Virus record (IMG/VR): IMGVR_UViG_2609459799_000005 | Strand: one strand, 5' to 3' | Length of the DNA stretch: 16,426 nt | Source: a virus | Taxonomy: Duplodnaviria > Heunggongvirae > Uroviricota > Caudoviricetes | Part shown: positions 9,735 to 16,426 of the stretch, piece by piece | Numbering within the stretch: position 1 is the stretch's first letter | Layout: every line of letters begins with the position of its first letter | Translations under genes and position numbers: made by a program | Notes under the pieces: model-generated | Seen by the model: only the letters and a program-made list of their open reading frames with translations | Told to the model about the DNA's origin: nothing | Databases searched by the model: none

Positions 9735-10100
9735 TTACAGTCCGATGATGTCGTCCTCTCTGCCACTACCTCCGGACACCTCCGGCAGCGTCGGGTCCGG
9801 CATACCACTCGCCGCTTCACGAGCAGACTTTTGTCGATGGCATTCGGCACAGAGCGTCCAAAGATTCGTCTCCTCATTACCACCACCGAACTGAAGTGCA
9901 ATTCGGTGATCGAGTTCACTGTCACAGAGGTCAACCACACGACCACAGATACAGCACTGCCCGGCGTCCCTCAGCCAGATATGACGCTTGAGGGAAACAC
10001 GTGCACTGCCACTGACACGACGCTGCTCCCCCTTCAGAATATTCACCCGTCGGGTATTCAGTGTTTTGATTCTGCTCTGGAGTGTACGAAGCTCAGCCAT
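9735..10100 (-). CDS. HNH homing-type endonuclease (terminase-associated)
   Basis: 121 aa with CxxC...DHRIALQFGGGNEETNLWTLCAECHRQK, a zinc-binding HNH motif. Gene order HNH-cos-terS-terL is typical of HK97-like packaging modules. Confidence 0.85.
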   Translation of the reverse strand: MAELRTLQSRIKTLNTRRVNILKGEQRRVSGSARVSLKRHIWLRDAGQCCICGRVVDLCDSELDHRIALQFGGGNEETNLWTLCAECHRQKSAREAASGMPDPTLPEVSGGSGREDDIIGL

Positions 10101-10141
10101 GTAAAATCCCCGTCATATGGCAATCAGTAAAGGAAATAAAT

Positions 10142-10342
10142 ATGTCATCGAAAAACCGGACCCGCAGAACCACAACCCGCAATATCCGTTTCCCCAATCA
10201 CATAATTGAACAGATCAACATCGCCCTTGAGCATAAAGGGTCCGGTAACTTTTCAGCGTGGGTTATTGAAGCCTGCAGGAGAAGGCTGGCAACAGATGCA
10301 ACGCATCTGCGCCCGGCCAGCATGACAAATAACGAGAAATGA
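10142..10342 (+). CDS. Small ribbon-helix-helix-like protein (DUF3950/YlcI-like), transcribed against the late operon
   Basis: 66-aa ORF from the internal ATG, preceded by Shine-Dalgarno AAGGA. NIRFPNHIIEQINIALEHKGSGNFSAWVIEACRRRL resembles a beta-strand/helix RHH DNA-binding fold. The YlcI assignment is from memory, not verified. Confidence 0.55.
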   Translation: MSSKNRTRRTTTRNIRFPNHIIEQINIALEHKGSGNFSAWVIEACRRRLATDATHLRPASMTNNEK

Positions 10343-10540
10343 ACGTTCGGTTTCTTCCACCATCGCACCGGACAGGCGACTATGAGGGGACAACGCCGCG
10401 CTCCGTTAACGCGGTAAACCCCGGTGTGTATCGTTTTTGATTATCCCCGCACACTCGCGCAGAGGAGTCTCCCTGTCGGGCTGCGGTCTCTGTTAATGCA
10501 GGAATACGGCGACAATACCGCGCATGGATAATAAGGTCGC

Positions 10541-10765
10541 TCAACACACTGGTTGTAATGCAGCGGATACCATGCGGCATTTAGCGGCATTCATCGTACA
10601 CTCCACGGTTAGCTCTTCATTCGTGGCATTCACCTGAAAGGTCCGGGAGTGTAATTGCGTACATTTACCACTGAACGAACCTTCAACAAGAACACGACCA
10701 CGCTGCAAAATACGGAACGGAATTGTTCCCTGAAAAGGTTCTACGGTTACCCGTAATTTCTTCAT
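10541..10765 (-). CDS. Hypothetical 74-aa protein translationally coupled to Rz
   Basis: ATG overlaps the Rz stop (ATGA). No signal peptide or recognisable motif. A bor-like or moron function is possible but unsupported. Confidence 0.4.
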   Translation of the reverse strand: MKKLRVTVEPFQGTIPFRILQRGRVLVEGSFSGKCTQLHSRTFQVNATNEELTVECTMNAAKCRMVSAALQPVC

Positions 10766-11256
10766 GTATCCTCCGGATAATAAAAAGCCAGCTTAGTGCA
10801 CTGAGTGCGGATATATTCCTGCGCCCCTTCCAGCTGCTTCTGCATTGTCATCAACCGTTCTCTGAGGATGAAATAATCCCGTTCAGCGGTGTCTGCCAGT
10901 CGGGGGCCGGTTGCATTATCCACGCTGGAGGTGCCGGTGGCTTCACGCACGGTACCGGGGCAGGTGGCGTTGACCCGCAGGCGCTTACGACCAGCGGCAA
11001 CATCAGCGCGCAGAGTTTCATTTTCAGCTCTCGCATCGGCTAATTCCTTCGTGTATCTGGCATCAAGCGCAGCGACATCTCGCTGGCGCTGCTGCATGTC
11101 AGTAATAGTGGCATTCGCCAGTTTCAGCTCACTGACTTTTTTATCGCGCTGCGCTTTGTAGGTGATGGCGTTATCGCGGTAATGATTCAGCCCCAGACTA
11201 AGCACACCACAGGCTACCAGCATGACAATAATCACCACACACAGAACACGGTTCAT
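10762..11256 (-). CDS. Rz: Rz i-spanin (inner-membrane spanin subunit)
   Basis: From the internal Met: [39 protein letters not shown]...[25 protein letters not shown], collinear with lambda Rz. The 28-codon N-terminal extension in the ORF track is judged spurious. Confidence 0.85.
   Translation of the reverse strand: MNRVLCVVIIVMLVACGVLSLGLNHYRDNAITYKAQRDKKVSELKLANATITDMQQRQRDVAALDARYTKELADARAENETLRADVAAGRKRLRVNATCPGTVREATGTSSVDNATGPRLADTAERDYFILRERLMTMQKQLEGAQEYIRTQCTKLAFYYPEDT
10851..11036 (-). CDS. Rz1: Rz1 o-spanin lipoprotein, embedded in Rz in an alternative frame
   Basis: [51 protein letters not shown] has a lipobox (VSAC) and a Pro-rich body closely matching lambda Rz1. The true start is probably the Met at about 11021. 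Confidence 0.85.
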   Translation of the reverse strand: MRELKMKLCALMLPLVVSACGSTPPAPVPCVKPPAPPAWIMQPAPDWQTPLNGIISSSENG

Positions 11257-11257
11257 A

Positions 11258-11344
11258 TCACCACCAACGGATTGCCCAGACCAGAACAGCAATGGCCACA
11301 ATACGAATGGCAAATGCCATTGCCCGAATAAGTTCAGCACTCAT
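11258..11344 (-). CDS. Candidate small hydrophobic peptide b (28 aa, [28 protein letters not shown]); stop overlaps the Rz start region
   Basis: ATG ORF whose TGA lies 1 nt upstream of the Rz ATG (TGATATG). Paralogous to peptide a (9 identical and about 10 conservative positions; several codon differences are synonymous). Weak Shine-Dalgarno. Confidence 0.3.
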   Translation of the reverse strand: MSAELIRAMAFAIRIVAIAVLVWAIRWW

Positions 11345-11355
11345 CTTTTTAAAGT

Positions 11356-11472
11356 TCACGATTTCAGCGCAATGACCAGTTTTGCCAGCCCATATAGCAT
11401 CGGAGACACAGCAATACCAACAGCCACCCACTTAATAGCAAAAGCCAGCGCTCTGCTGATGTCATCAGTCAC
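11356..11472 (-). CDS. Candidate small hydrophobic peptide a (about 38 aa, GTG start, (M)TDDISRALAFAIKWVAVGIAVSPMLYGLAKLVIALKS)
   Basis: C-terminal part of the TTG-initiated 90-aa ORF in the track. Start chosen at a GTG preceded by GGGG; shares the motif RAxAFAI(K/R)xVA with peptide b. Confidence 0.3.
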   Translation of the reverse strand: MTDDISRALAFAIKWVAVGIAVSPMLYGLAKLVIALKS

Positions 11473-11474
11473 TG

Positions 11475-11606
11475 TCACCCCAGCAGCCCCGACGAAGACA
11501 ACATCACCCAGGCGAGGGACAGAAAAAGAGCAACCAGCATTAGTGAAAATGAAATACCGACAATCACACACAGGACCTTTGCCGGCGTTATGAGTTTGTC
11601 TGACAT
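11475..11606 (-). CDS. Candidate small membrane peptide (43 aa, MSDKLITPAKVLCVIVGISFSLMLVALFLSLAWVMLSSSGLLG)
   Basis: ATG preceded by a strong Shine-Dalgarno AAGGGG with a 5-nt spacer. One predicted transmembrane helix. Below the 60-aa cutoff of the ORF track. Confidence 0.35.
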   Translation of the reverse strand: MSDKLITPAKVLCVIVGISFSLMLVALFLSLAWVMLSSSGLLG

Positions 11607-11608
11607 AG

Positions 11609-11704
11609 CTACCCCTTAATTGCCACAATTAACTGGGATACTACCCATAAAAAAGGGATGCTCCAGACCAGCAAAAATTTCCAGTTTGGTAATTGACTAA
11701 TCAT
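11609..11704 (-). CDS. Candidate small membrane peptide (31 aa, MISQLPNWKFLLVWSIPFLWVVSQLIVAIKG)
   Basis: ATG preceded by AGGGAG with a 9-nt spacer. Its stop TAG lies inside the Shine-Dalgarno/start region of the next small ORF. One predicted transmembrane helix. Confidence 0.3.
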   Translation of the reverse strand: MISQLPNWKFLLVWSIPFLWVVSQLIVAIKG

Positions 11705-11775
11705 GAGTCGCAACTCCCTAATCAGTTTGCTAAAATCAATCAAGGCAGCCTCCCATAGCTTACTGCCATAAAAAC

Positions 11776-11808
11776 AAAACCCCGCTTGCTGCCAACAAAC
11801 GGGGTTTT
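11776..11808 (-). terminator. Rho-independent terminator immediately downstream of the endolysin gene (stem-loop usable on both strands)
   Basis: aaaaccccg-N15-cggggtttt, followed on the minus strand by ttttgtttttat. Confidence 0.6.
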
Positions 11809-11898
11809 TACTTTTATTCACTTACGTTTCGCCAGTTCGCAGGATTTCGTGTTATCCGCCCGCGTGGCCATGCCTTATTTTTCAGCAAAATATTCTGC

Positions 11899-12432
11899 TT
11901 ATCTGTCGATACCCCAGCACGCCAGCGCGCTCTCCTGGTCACGACGGGATACCTGACCGTAGCAGTTGTTTGAACGAATACGGCAGTCTCTGCCACCGTC
12001 CTTAATCCACCAGCGAATCGCCTCACACGCTCCCCTGCGGTCACCAGCATTCAGCCGCTTATAAAACGTCGACGGGAAACACTTACCGGGGCCAATGTTA
12101 TAGGGACAGAATGACGCTATACCCGCTTTCTGTGGTTCGGTCAGTGGAACTTTAATATTGCGCTCCACCCATGCCAGCGCCTTATCCCGTTCAATGGCAT
12201 TAACCTGGTCGCATTTTTCCTTCGACAGTTTCATGCCCGGAATAACAGGTTTACCATCCACCATTGTGGCACCGCGGCAGATGGTCCAGATACCCGCACC
12301 ATCACGGTATGCCGTTGTGTGGTTACCTTCTTTTTCATCCAGAAACTGGTCGAGAATATCAGGCGCAGGCGCACCGATGGCAATCAACGCCAGAACGGCA
12401 GCCGACAGGCCATATTTGATTTTGGTGTTCAT
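11899..12432 (-). CDS. R: Phage endolysin (lysozyme), probable SAR-type with N-terminal hydrophobic segment
   Basis: 177 aa. YGLSAAVLALIAIGAPAP hydrophobic N-terminus, then EGNHTTAYRDGAGIWTICRGAT... typical of lambdoid prophage lysozymes (RrrD-like, from memory). Confidence 0.9.
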   Translation of the reverse strand: MNTKIKYGLSAAVLALIAIGAPAPDILDQFLDEKEGNHTTAYRDGAGIWTICRGATMVDGKPVIPGMKLSKEKCDQVNAIERDKALAWVERNIKVPLTEPQKAGIASFCPYNIGPGKCFPSTFYKRLNAGDRRGACEAIRWWIKDGGRDCRIRSNNCYGQVSRRDQESALACWGIDR

Positions 12433-12488
12433 GGATATTTATCAGGATTTATCGGTTCCGAATCCCTGGATATGTTAAATCTTCAGCC

Positions 12489-12515
12489 CGCCAGCGGTAG
12501 GACACTGGCGTTTTT
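12489..12515 (+). terminator. Terminator-like hairpin on the plus strand between the endolysin start and the divergent 104-aa gene
   Basis: cgccag-N10-ctggcg followed by ttttt. Could be an attenuator or leader element, or a stop for transcription antisense to R. Confidence 0.4.
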
Positions 12516-12560
12516 CCTGATGGCTGAAATATATCTGACAATTTCAGTAGAGGATTAACC

Positions 12561-12875
12561 ATGCATAACGATCAACATAATTATGATTTATGCCTGCAAG
12601 CCATAAATGAGCGGGTAAAATCAGAGTGCCTCTTACTCCTCCCACAAGAACACGATGCAGTAAAATCCATTCAGGCTGAGCCGTATGGACATCTCACACC
12701 TGTGACTCTCGGCATTATCGCCAGAGCATTAACACAGCCCATGCTTATGCGTATTAAGACCAATATAAATAACTGGTTGAATGAAGAATTAAGCTACCTT
12801 GATTGTGAGTGGGACAATCATTACGCAAAAACACAAAAAGAACGCATCTTCAGTCGATTATCCAGCAACAGATAA
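12561..12875 (+). CDS. Hypothetical protein (104 aa), AT-rich moron occupying the position where a holin gene is expected
   Basis: ATG with Shine-Dalgarno GAGGA and a 7-nt spacer. Roughly 40 percent GC against about 53 percent in flanking phage genes. No transmembrane segment or recognisable motif. Convergent with the nanS-like gene and divergent from R. Confidence 0.5.
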   Translation: MHNDQHNYDLCLQAINERVKSECLLLLPQEHDAVKSIQAEPYGHLTPVTLGIIARALTQPMLMRIKTNINNWLNEELSYLDCEWDNHYAKTQKERIFSRLSSNR

Positions 12876-12884
12876 CGAGCCACC

Positions 12885-14594
12885 TTATATACGCCCTTTC
12901 AGATAAGTCATCCCCGGCTGCATCCAGTCAACAGGTGCTTTCTTAAAGGGCGTATTCCCGAACTCGCCCAACTTTGTGTTTCCTGCTTTCTTGTGATGCA
13001 TCAGATTCAGTTTGCCGTCTGTGGTCTGGGTGAAGAACGACATCAGGAACGGGTTACCAGTCCCGGTCATCGCCACGACGTCAGGTAACGCTACATCGGT
13101 ATACAGATAAATTCCCAGACCGAACTGGTTGTTGGTCAGTGCGCCTGACAGTCGAAACTTACAGCTCAGTCTGCCACCCCGTGTCAGCAGGGAGACTGCG
13201 TCATCCACCGGGCGCGTCAGGGACCAGGCTTTATTGCTCTGCTTGGTGATCTTAAATACACCATCTGACAACTGAATTCCGCCATTCTTAATGCTCCAGC
13301 CCTGCGCAGCAGCATCTCCGGCTGTCGGCAACAGGGAGATTGTGCGTACGGATGCATCTTCAGACGGCCCCGATGGCGTGTCGCCGCCGGGCGAGGGTTT
13401 GATTTCCGGTGCCTTACCACTAATGAAGGCTAAGGTGCGACCGGCTACGTTCAGAATAGCAGTTGCCATACGATCGGGAATAATGCCACGACGCGCCCAT
13501 GAGCTGAAATGCGTCGGGCGATTTGATGATACCCAGTTTTTGTTCGTTCGGGATGCCGAACCGTAATAACCAGACCCGACAATATCAGGATCTTCTGACG
13601 GGTTGTTTGTCGGTGTATTAACTCCGCTACCATCGGTCATAAAGGGAACAAAATAAATCTGCTGGGATTCTTTACCTTTATATGCACCATATACCACTTC
13701 ATATTGTGTACCGTGTTCTTGTTTCCACGCGTATGTCGTGTCGCCACAAATCCAGGGGACTGATGCCGGACTTCCACCGTGACACTGCGCCGCCAGCCCG
13801 GCAAGGTCAGCACGGAACTGCTGTACCATTGCAAGAAATGCTGCTGGCTGCTGGGCGTAACTGGCATTCTTCATATCGAATTCCCCCTGCATCCAGCATA
13901 TCGCCAGCAAAACGTTTTTCGGGTTTTTCTGCAATGCTGCCTTCGTGCGGAAAAGCAGATCCTGATATAACGGCTTACCCACTCCCCAGCGAGCCGAATC
14001 CTGACTGGCCCCCGTGGACTCGCTGAATGTCCCCTCCGTGCCCTGGGTGAATGCCGAACCACCACGACAGCATGGTACCAGCAGGATCCCCGCATTATTA
14101 GGGATATACGGAAGCAGTTTTTTGGCAATATGTAAGCCCTGTCCGACACAGCCGTACTGCCCTTTGCTCAGGTCAGCCCGGGGATGGTTAATCGTACTCA
14201 TATCCTGAACATCATGCAGACAATGGTCAGCAGGAATGATGTCGTTAAATACGCATACTTCACCACCGGGAGTCACTGTGTTACGACGGGCCAGTTGCTT
14301 AATGCGCGGATGGGGCGCATCGTATGAATCCGGAAGCGGAAGCCCTTCACCGTAAGCCATGGCATTAGACTGCCCGGCCAGTACGATGACGTAGTACCAC
14401 TCCGGCTCAGTTGCACCACTGACGACCACATCACCTTCTGCGACAATCGCCTGAATAAGTGCTGCGCCATCATCCGTATACGAAGAAAACGGCCCGCCGT
14501 ATGGTTGCCATCCTTCACGAATTTTTTGAGCAAGTGCATCAGCAAGGTCTGACGGCGATACCGCCCTGACAACATCATAGTGTTTAAATGCCAT
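12885..14594 (-). CDS. nanS: Prophage sialate O-acetylesterase (NanS-p-like; N-terminal DUF1737-like region plus SASA/SGNH-type esterase domain)
   Basis: 569 aa. YYVIVLAGQSNAMAYGEG carries the GQSN catalytic-serine motif of 9-O-acetylesterases. Position between the tRNA module and the lysis genes mirrors nanS-p in EHEC lambdoid prophages. Confidence 0.8.
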   Translation of the reverse strand: MAFKHYDVVRAVSPSDLADALAQKIREGWQPYGGPFSSYTDDGAALIQAIVAEGDVVVSGATEPEWYYVIVLAGQSNAMAYGEGLPLPDSYDAPHPRIKQLARRNTVTPGGEVCVFNDIIPADHCLHDVQDMSTINHPRADLSKGQYGCVGQGLHIAKKLLPYIPNNAGILLVPCCRGGSAFTQGTEGTFSESTGASQDSARWGVGKPLYQDLLFRTKAALQKNPKNVLLAICWMQGEFDMKNASYAQQPAAFLAMVQQFRADLAGLAAQCHGGSPASVPWICGDTTYAWKQEHGTQYEVVYGAYKGKESQQIYFVPFMTDGSGVNTPTNNPSEDPDIVGSGYYGSASRTNKNWVSSNRPTHFSSWARRGIIPDRMATAILNVAGRTLAFISGKAPEIKPSPGGDTPSGPSEDASVRTISLLPTAGDAAAQGWSIKNGGIQLSDGVFKITKQSNKAWSLTRPVDDAVSLLTRGGRLSCKFRLSGALTNNQFGLGIYLYTDVALPDVVAMTGTGNPFLMSFFTQTTDGKLNLMHHKKAGNTKLGEFGNTPFKKAPVDWMQPGMTYLKGRI

Positions 14595-14787
14595 GAATCC
14601 TCCCGGCCGGGATAATATTGTGAGTAAAATGAGGAGCGGGCTGAAGTCCGGAAGCTACAGGACAATGGCAGAAGAGAGACAATAGCCCGCAATACGAAAA
14701 GGCCGCGCTATTGCGCAGAGTGATTACTGTCGGATATTATTCGCCAGCTGAAATATTACTTCACGTTTTGTTGTTTATTCCTTGCCG

Positions 14788-14815
14788 CCCGCGTCTCCCT
14801 GCGCGGGATTTTTTT
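14788..14815 (+). terminator. Rho-independent terminator on the plus strand in the tRNA-nanS gap
   Basis: cccgcg-N8-cgcggg followed by seven T. Confidence 0.5.
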
Positions 14816-14820
14816 GTCCA

Positions 14821-14845
14821 TAAGAAAGCCCCTCCGGAGAGGGGC
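14821..14845 (-). terminator. Rho-independent terminator on the minus strand downstream of the tRNA module
   Basis: gcccctc-cgga-gaggggc, followed on the minus strand by tttctta. Confidence 0.5.
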
Positions 14846-15082
14846 TGGAGAGTGGCGCTATGTGCCATTGCATGGTGCCGGGTGCCTCCCGGTGAATTCA
14901 GTACCAGCACCTGAATCCGCGATTATCCCATATACCTACTCGCTGATTGCCCCTCCGCACAGGGGGATTCACCATGCCAGTTTCTTTTAACAAACTCCCC
15001 GCAAAACAGACAACTGTCAACCGTCTGAATTGTGAGACATTTAAAAAAAAGGCCCGCAAAAGCGAGCCAGGGAAAATAAGTG

Positions 15083-15159
15083 TGGCGCGTTGTACTGGAT
15101 TCGAACCAGTGACCGATTGCTTAGAAGGCAATTGCTCTGTCCGGCTGAGCTAACAACGC
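15083..15159 (-). tRNA. tRNA-Arg (anticodon UCU), phage-encoded
   Basis: Manual fold: acceptor GCGTTGT/ACAACGC, D-stem GCTC/GAGC, anticodon stem ATTGC/GCAAT with loop CTTCTAA, T-arm ACTGG-TTCGAAT-CCAGT, discriminator G, encoded CCA. Confidence 0.85.
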
Positions 15160-15172
15160 ATGATGCAGATAA

Positions 15173-15249
15173 TGGACCGCCATCGGGGACTCGAACCCCG
15201 CGCAACCAGCTTCGAAGGCTGGCGCTCTATCCTGATGAGCTAATGGCGG
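15173..15249 (-). tRNA. tRNA-Arg (anticodon UCG), phage-encoded
   Basis: Manual fold: acceptor CCGCCAT/ATGGCGG, D-stem GCTC/GAGC, anticodon stem CCAGC/GCTGG with loop CTTCGAA, T-arm CGGGG-TTCGAGT-CCCCG, encoded CCA. C1:G72 and a U discriminator are unusual. Confidence 0.75.
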
Positions 15250-15256
15250 TATGTGA

Positions 15257-15332
15257 TGGTGGCCCTTGCTGGATTTGAACCAGCGACCTGGCGATTATGA
15301 GTCGCTCGCTCTCACCACTGAGCTAAAGGGCC
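15257..15332 (-). tRNA. ileZ: tRNA-Ile2 (anticodon CAU, lysidine-type), phage-encoded
   Basis: GGCCCTTTAGCTCAGTGGTGAGAGCGAGCGACTCATAATCGCCAGGTCGCTGGTTCAAATCCAGCAAGGGCCACCA is very similar to E. coli tRNA-Ile2 (ileX). First gene of the three-tRNA module found downstream of Q in Stx-type lambdoid phages. Confidence 0.85.
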
Positions 15333-15381
15333 GCGCGCAGAATAATAACGTTACGGAATTAATACTGCAATCTCATCCGTT

Positions 15382-16426
15382 TCAAACGATTAAATCCTGA
15401 ACTTCCCTGACTGTCTGCTCAAAACGTCCGGTCTCCAGCTCAACACCAATCGCACGACGCCCCAGTGCCATCGCCGCTTTTACCGTTGAACCCGACCCCA
15501 TGAAAAAATCCGCAACCAGATCACCAGGACGACTACTTGCGCTGATTATCTGCTGCAGCATTTCTGCCGGTTTTTCGCACGGATGTTTCCCTGGATAGTA
15601 CTGCACCGGTTTATACGTCCACACATCGGTGTACGGCACCTGCGCCGTCACACCAAAATACCGCCGCAGATGCTTATATTCACTCTGCAGCTCCACATAC
15701 TGCCGGTTCAGTGACGTATACGTATCCACCAGCTGGTGGTGGGGCTTTTCCAGTTCACCGCGCTGATGTTTCTCTTCTGCCACCCGGGCAAACAGCGACT
15801 GTAATTTCAGATAATCGCTTTCGTTCGGTAGCTGCCACTGACTGGCACTGAACCAGTGCGACACCATGTTTTTCTTTCCTGTGGCATCTGCAATCTGTTT
15901 TGCCGTTATCCCCAGGGCCGCGCGCGCATCACGAAAGTAAGAAATCAGCGGGGCCATCACATGCTGTTTCAGTGCACTGCCCTTCGCCGCATACCCGGCA
16001 TCTTTCGGACGATACGGCCCCTGATAATGTTCCGCGAACAGAATGCGCTCTGTGGCGGGGGAATACGCCCGCAGGCTTTCCTTGTTGCATCCGTTCCAGC
16101 GTCCGGACGGCTTCGCCCAGATAATATGGTTCAGCACACTGAAGCGTTCACGCATCATGATTTCGATATCAGATGCCAGGCGATGACCACAGAACAGGTA
16201 AAGACTTCCGGCAGGTTTCAGCACCCGCCAGAACTGCGCCAGACACTGGTCCAGCCACTTCAGGTAATCATCGTCGCCCTTCCACTGGTTATCCCAGCCT
16301 TCAGGCTTCACTTTAAAGTACGGCGGGTCCGTGACTATCAGGTCAACAGAATTTTCGGGTAACGACCGGATAAATTCCAGGCAGTCGGCGTTGATTAACT
16401 CACAACTGGATATTTTTACAGTATTA
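15382..16426 (-). CDS. DNA amino-methyltransferase (N6-adenine or N4-cytosine, beta-class); 5' end lies beyond the window edge
   Basis: The frame stays open to the window edge and the upstream translation gives ...DCLEFIRSLPENSVDLIVTDPPYF (catalytic DPPY motif IV). C-terminal FFMGSGSTVKAA is the SAM-binding FxGxG motif. The ORF-track start at 16311 is a GTG internal to the gene. Confidence 0.85.
   Translation of the reverse strand, partial: NTVKISSCELINADCLEFIRSLPENSVDLIVTDPPYFKVKPEGWDNQWKGDDDYLKWLDQCLAQFWRVLKPAGSLYLFCGHRLASDIEIMMRERFSVLNHIIWAKPSGRWNGCNKESLRAYSPATERILFAEHYQGPYRPKDAGYAAKGSALKQHVMAPLISYFRDARAALGITAKQIADATGKKNMVSHWFSASQWQLPNESDYLKLQSLFARVAEEKHQRGELEKPHHQLVDTYTSLNRQYVELQSEYKHLRRYFGVTAQVPYTDVWTYKPVQYYPGKHPCEKPAEMLQQIISASSRPGDLVADFFMGSGSTVKAAMALGRRAIGVELETGRFEQTVREVQDLIV

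Larger units (their letters stand above)
1..16426. mobile_element. Segment of a degraded (cryptic) lambdoid prophage: packaging, tail remnants, lysis and tRNA/moron modules
   Basis: Co-linear phage late genes on the minus strand (tRNAs, nanS-like, R, Rz/Rz1, HNH, terS, terL', I, J', lom', stf, tfa). Head genes and most tail genes are missing and several genes are truncated. AT-rich moron islands are interspersed. Confidence 0.85.

Noticed and set aside
10762-11340. 192-aa extended form of Rz starting 28 codons upstream
   Set aside because: Homology to Rz begins at the internal Met (MNRVLCVV...), and the extension overlaps small peptide b in another frame. The track start is probably a read-through artefact.
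11367-11465. 33-aa ATG ORF (MTSAERWLLLLSGWLL...) overlapping small peptide a in another frame
   Set aside because: The paralog comparison with peptide b shows synonymous changes in the peptide-a frame, not this one. Kept only as an alternative reading.
11222-11593. 123-aa plus-strand ORF between Rz and R
   Set aside because: Antisense to the small hydrophobic ORFs; Thr/Pro/Ser-rich low-complexity product and no ribosome-binding site.
14595-15082. Shiga toxin genes downstream of the tRNA module
   Set aside because: No ORF of appropriate size (StxA is about 320 aa, StxB about 90 aa) exists in the interval; only hairpins and short spurious frames.
14947-15153. 68-aa plus-strand ORF
   Set aside because: Overlaps the tRNA-Arg gene on the opposite strand; no support.
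15856-16362. 168-aa plus-strand ORF
   Set aside because: Antisense within the DNA methyltransferase gene.
1-16426. CRISPR arrays, IS elements/transposases, integrase or attachment sites
   Set aside because: No regularly spaced direct repeats, no transposase- or integrase-like ORFs, and no terminal inverted repeats were seen. The prophage ends are not in this window.

Overview
The window is a segment of a degraded lambdoid prophage, probably in an enterobacterial genome, with the late genes on the minus strand. Reading in late-transcription order (high to low coordinates): a partial beta-class DNA amino-methyltransferase (runs off the right edge), three tRNAs (Ile-CAU, Arg-UCG, Arg-UCU), a NanS-p-like sialate O-acetylesterase, an AT-rich divergent 104-aa gene where a holin would be expected, an endolysin, a ~640-bp insert with tiny hydrophobic ORFs, Rz/Rz1 spanins, a 74-aa ORF coupled to Rz, a small ribbon-helix-helix-like gene on the plus strand, an HNH endonuclease, a cos-like repeat array, terS, an N-terminal terL fragment, tail gene I, a truncated J (631 aa), a Lom C-terminal fragment, side tail fibre stf and tfa, and an AT-rich moron with a SAM-methyltransferase-like gene. 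Head genes and most tail genes are absent, and two in-place deletion joints (terL'/I and J'/'lom) mark this as a cryptic prophage. The gene content recalls the DLP12 prophage and Stx-phage late regions, but that comparison is from memory and was not checked by search. I found no large, obviously novel multi-gene system. The best candidates for something undescribed are the small hydrophobic ORF cluster between endolysin and Rz, the holin-less lysis cassette with its AT-rich gene, a possible small RNA in the I-J insert, and the GTTAACAT repeat array upstream of terS. All protein identifications rest on recalled similarity and motifs, not database hits. Hand-derived coordinates may be off by 1-2 nt.
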